The translations under genes were made by a program, and so were the position numbers. The notes under the pieces are model-generated. The model saw only the letters and a program-made list of their open reading frames with translations, ran no database searches and had not been told where the DNA came from. From Eledone cirrhosa (lineage: Eukaryota), in NCBI GenBank assembly GCA_964016885.1, contig OZ024744.1, positions 132,432,001 to 132,496,000 on the forward strand: a stretch of DNA of 64,000 nucleotides, read 5' to 3'. This document shows positions 60,501-64,000 of this stretch, piece after piece (positions within the stretch are counted from its first letter, which is position 1; every line of letters begins with the position of its first letter).

Positions 60501-63500
60501 AATTTTTTTGTACTTTTAGAAATATCTATATCTGATTTCATGTATTGATTTTTTTATATTTTTCGAAAAAGCTTAGATAATCAATTTTTTTAGATCTTTC
60601 GAAAACATTATATAATCAATTTTTTTTTAGGTTTTTCGAAAAAACCTTATATAATCAATTCTTTTTAGGTTTTTTCGAAAAATCTTATATAATCAATTTT
60701 TTTACGTTTTTAGAAAAACCTTATATAATCAATTTTTTTTAGATTTTTCAAAAAACCTTATATAATCAATTTTTTTTGTTTTTTTGAAAAATCTTATATA
60801 ATCAATTTTTTTACGTTTTTAGAAATATTTATATCTGATTTCAAATATTGATTTTTTTTAGGTTTTTCGAATTACCTTATATAATCAATTTTTTTTAGGT
60901 TTTTCAAATTACCATAAGGTAATTTGAAAAACCTAAAAAAAATTGATCTGATTTCAAACATTGATTTTTTTAGCTTTTTCGACAAAATCTTATATAATCA
61001 ATTTTCTTTAGGTTTTTCGAAAAAGAATGAATTTGAGTTCATAGTCGAAATATATACTTCTGCATTAATCTTTTTACGTTTTTTTGAAAAAATTAATGCT
61101 TTTACAAATCTTTTGAAATATTTACTTTCTAGTTTCAAATTTTGCAGATTAAATTTTTCTCGAAAAACCTAAAAAATCAGTTGTCGAAATCAGAAGTTAA
61201 TATTTCGTAAAACGCAATTTGAAAAACTCATTAATTTTTTTTCGAAAACTTATTATATAATCAATTTTTTTATACTTTTAGAAATATTTATATCTGATTT
61301 CAAATATTGATTTTTTTAGGTTTTTCGAAAACCCTATATAATCAATTTTTTTGTACTTTTAGAAATATCTATATCTGATTTCATGTATTGATTTTTTTAT
61401 ATTTTTCGAAAAAGCTTAGATAATCAATTTTTTTAGGTCTTTCGAAAACATTATATAATCAATTTTTTTTTAGGTTTTTCGAAAAAACCTTATATAATCA
61501 ATGTTTTTTAGGTTTTTCGAAAAACCTTATATAATCAATTTTTTTATGTTTTTTCGAAAAATCTTATATAATCAATTTTTTTATGTTTTTTCGAAAAATC
61601 TTATATAATCAATTTTTTTACGTTTTTAGAAATATTTATATCTGATTTCAAATATTGATTTTTTTTAGATTTTTCGAAATACCTTATATAATCAATGTTT
61701 TTTAGGTTTTTCAAATTACCTTATATAATCAATTTTTTTTATCAGATTTCAAATATTGATTTTTTTTAGCTTTTTCGACAAAATCTTATATAATCAATTT
61801 TTTTTAGGTTTTTCGAAAAAGAATGAATTTGAGTTCATAGTCGAAATATATACTTCTGCATTAATCTTTTTACGTTTTTTTGATTTTTTTTAAAAAAACG
61901 TAAAAAATTAATGCTTTTACAAATCTTTTGAAATATTTACTTTCTAGTTTCAAATTTTGCAGATTAAATTTTTCTCGAAAAACCTAAAAAATCAGTTGTC
62001 GAAATCAGAAGTTAATATTTCGAAAAACGCAATTTGAAAAACTCATATTAATTTTTTTTCGAAAACATTATATAATCAATTTTTTAGAAATATTTATATC
62101 TGATTTCAAATATTGATTTTTTTAGGTTTTTCGAAAACCCTATATAATCAATTTTTTTGTACTTTTAGAAATATCTATATCTGATTTCATGTATTGATTT
62201 TTTTATATTTTTCGAAAAAGCTTAGATAATCAATTTTTTTAGGTCTTTCGAAAACATTATATAATCAATTTTTTTACGTTTTTAGAAAAACCTTATATAA
62301 TCAATTTTTTTTAGGTTTTTCGAAAAACCTTATATAATCAATTTTTTTATGTTTTTTCGAAAAATCTTATATAATCAATTTTTTTACGTTTTTAGAAATA
62401 TTTATATCTGATTTCAAATATTGATTTTTTTTAGATATTTCGAAATACCTTATATAATAAATTTTTTTTAGGTTTTTCAAATTACCTTATATAATCAATT
62501 ATTTTTATCAGATTTCAAATATTGATTTTTTTTAGCTTTTTCGACAAAATCTTATATAATCAATTTTTTTTAGGTTTTTCGAAAAAGAATGAATTTGAGT
62601 TCATAGTCGAAATATATACTTCTGCATTAATCTTTTTACGTTTTTTTGATTTTTTTTAAAAAAACGTAAAAAATTAATGCTTTTACAAATCTTTTGAAAT
62701 ATTTACTTTCTAGTTTCAAATTTTGCAGATTAAATTTTTCTCGAAAAACCTAAAAAATCAGTTGTCGAAATCAGAAGTTAATATTTCGAAAAACGCAATT
62801 TGAAAAACTCATTAATTTTTTTTCGAAAACATTATATAATCAATTTTTTAGAAATATTTATATCTGATTTCAAATATTGATTTTTTTAGGTTTTTCGAAA
62901 ACCCTATATAATCAATTTTTTTGTACTTTTAGAAATATCTATATCTGATTTCATGTATTGATTTTTTTATATTTTTCGAAAAAGCTTAGATAATCAATTT
63001 TTTTAGGTCTTTCGAAAACATTATATAATCAATTTTTTTACGTTTTTAGAAAAACCTTATATAATCAATTTTTTTTAGGTTTTTCGAAAAACCTTATATA
63101 ATCAATTTTTTTATGTTTTTTCGAAAAATCTTATATAATCAATTTTTTTACGTTTTTAGAAATATTTATATCTAATTTCAAATATTGATTTTTTTTAGAT
63201 ATTTCGAAATACCTTATATAATCAATTTTTTTTAGGTTTTTCAAACTACCTTATATAATCAATTTTTTTTATCAGATTTCAAATATTGATTTTTTTTAGC
63301 TTTTTCGACAAAATCTTATATAATCAATTTTTTTTAGGTTTTTCGAAAAAGAATGAATTTGAGTTCATAGTCGAAATATATACTTCTGCATTAATCTTTT
63401 TACGTTTTTTTGATTTTTTTTAAAAAAACGTAAAAAATTAATGCTTTTACAAATCTTTTGAAATATTTACTTTCTAGTTTCAAATTTTGCAGATTAAATT

Positions 63501-64000
63501 TTTCTCGAAAAACCTAAAAAATCAGTTGTCGAAATCAGAAGTTAATATTTCGAAAAACGCAATTTGAAAAACTCATATTAATTTTTTTTCGAAAACATTA
63601 TATAATCAATTTTTTAGAAATATTTATATCTGATTTCAAATATTGATTTTTTTAGGTTTTTCGAAAACCCTATATAATCAATTTTTTTGTACTTTTAGAA
63701 ATATCTATATCTGATTTCATGTATTGATTTTTTTATATTTTTCGAAAAAGCTTAGATAATCAATTTTTTTACGTTTTTAGAAAAACCTTATATAATCAAT
63801 TTTTTTTAGGTTTTTCGAAAAACCTTATATAATCAATTTTTTTATGTTTTTTCGAAAAATCTTATATAATCAATTTTTTTACGTTTTTAGAAATATTTAT
63901 ATCTGATTTCAAATATTGATTTTTTTTAGATTTTTCGAAATACCTTATATAATCAATGTTTTTTAGGTTTTTCAAATTACCTTATATAATCAATTTTTTT
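57560..64000 (+). repeat. Satellite B block 4 (open at window end)
   Basis: Same start as B1, including the 24-bp hairpin variant; monomer marker recurs to the window end. Confidence 0.96.

Noticed and set aside
7271-64000. CpG methylation-decay signal at TCGA dyad centres
   Set aside because: TCAA and TTGA variants exist but so do TAGA and TGGA. The bias cannot be established without counting.

Overview
This window is almost entirely non-coding tandem repeat, most likely eukaryotic heterochromatin (subtelomeric or centromeric-type); the taxon cannot be fixed from sequence alone. Two unrelated satellites alternate in kb-scale blocks. Satellite A is a G/T-rich, telomere-like 16-mer (TTAAG-TTAAG-TTGGGG) at ~1-7270, 21837-38158, 42261-46398 and 51212-57559. 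Satellite B is an AT-rich ~37-bp palindrome-bearing subunit (AGGTTTTTCGAAAAACCT dyad) organised into ~0.56-1.06 kb higher-order monomers at ~7271-21836, 38159-42260, 46399-51211 and 57560-64000. All four A>B junctions share one sequence and all three B>A junctions share another. The region is therefore a tandem array of a compound [B+A] macro-unit (30.9, 8.2 and 11.2 kb) with fixed ends and elastic interiors. A carries 13 copies of a short inverted (C-strand) cassette with stereotyped borders, and B carries several fold-back hairpins. The only complex sequence is a single 220-bp minus-strand fragment of an RTE-clade non-LTR retrotransposon (12177-12396) inserted without a target-site duplication. 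No genuine CDS, RNA gene or CRISPR array is supported. Coordinates were read by eye and may be off by a few bases.
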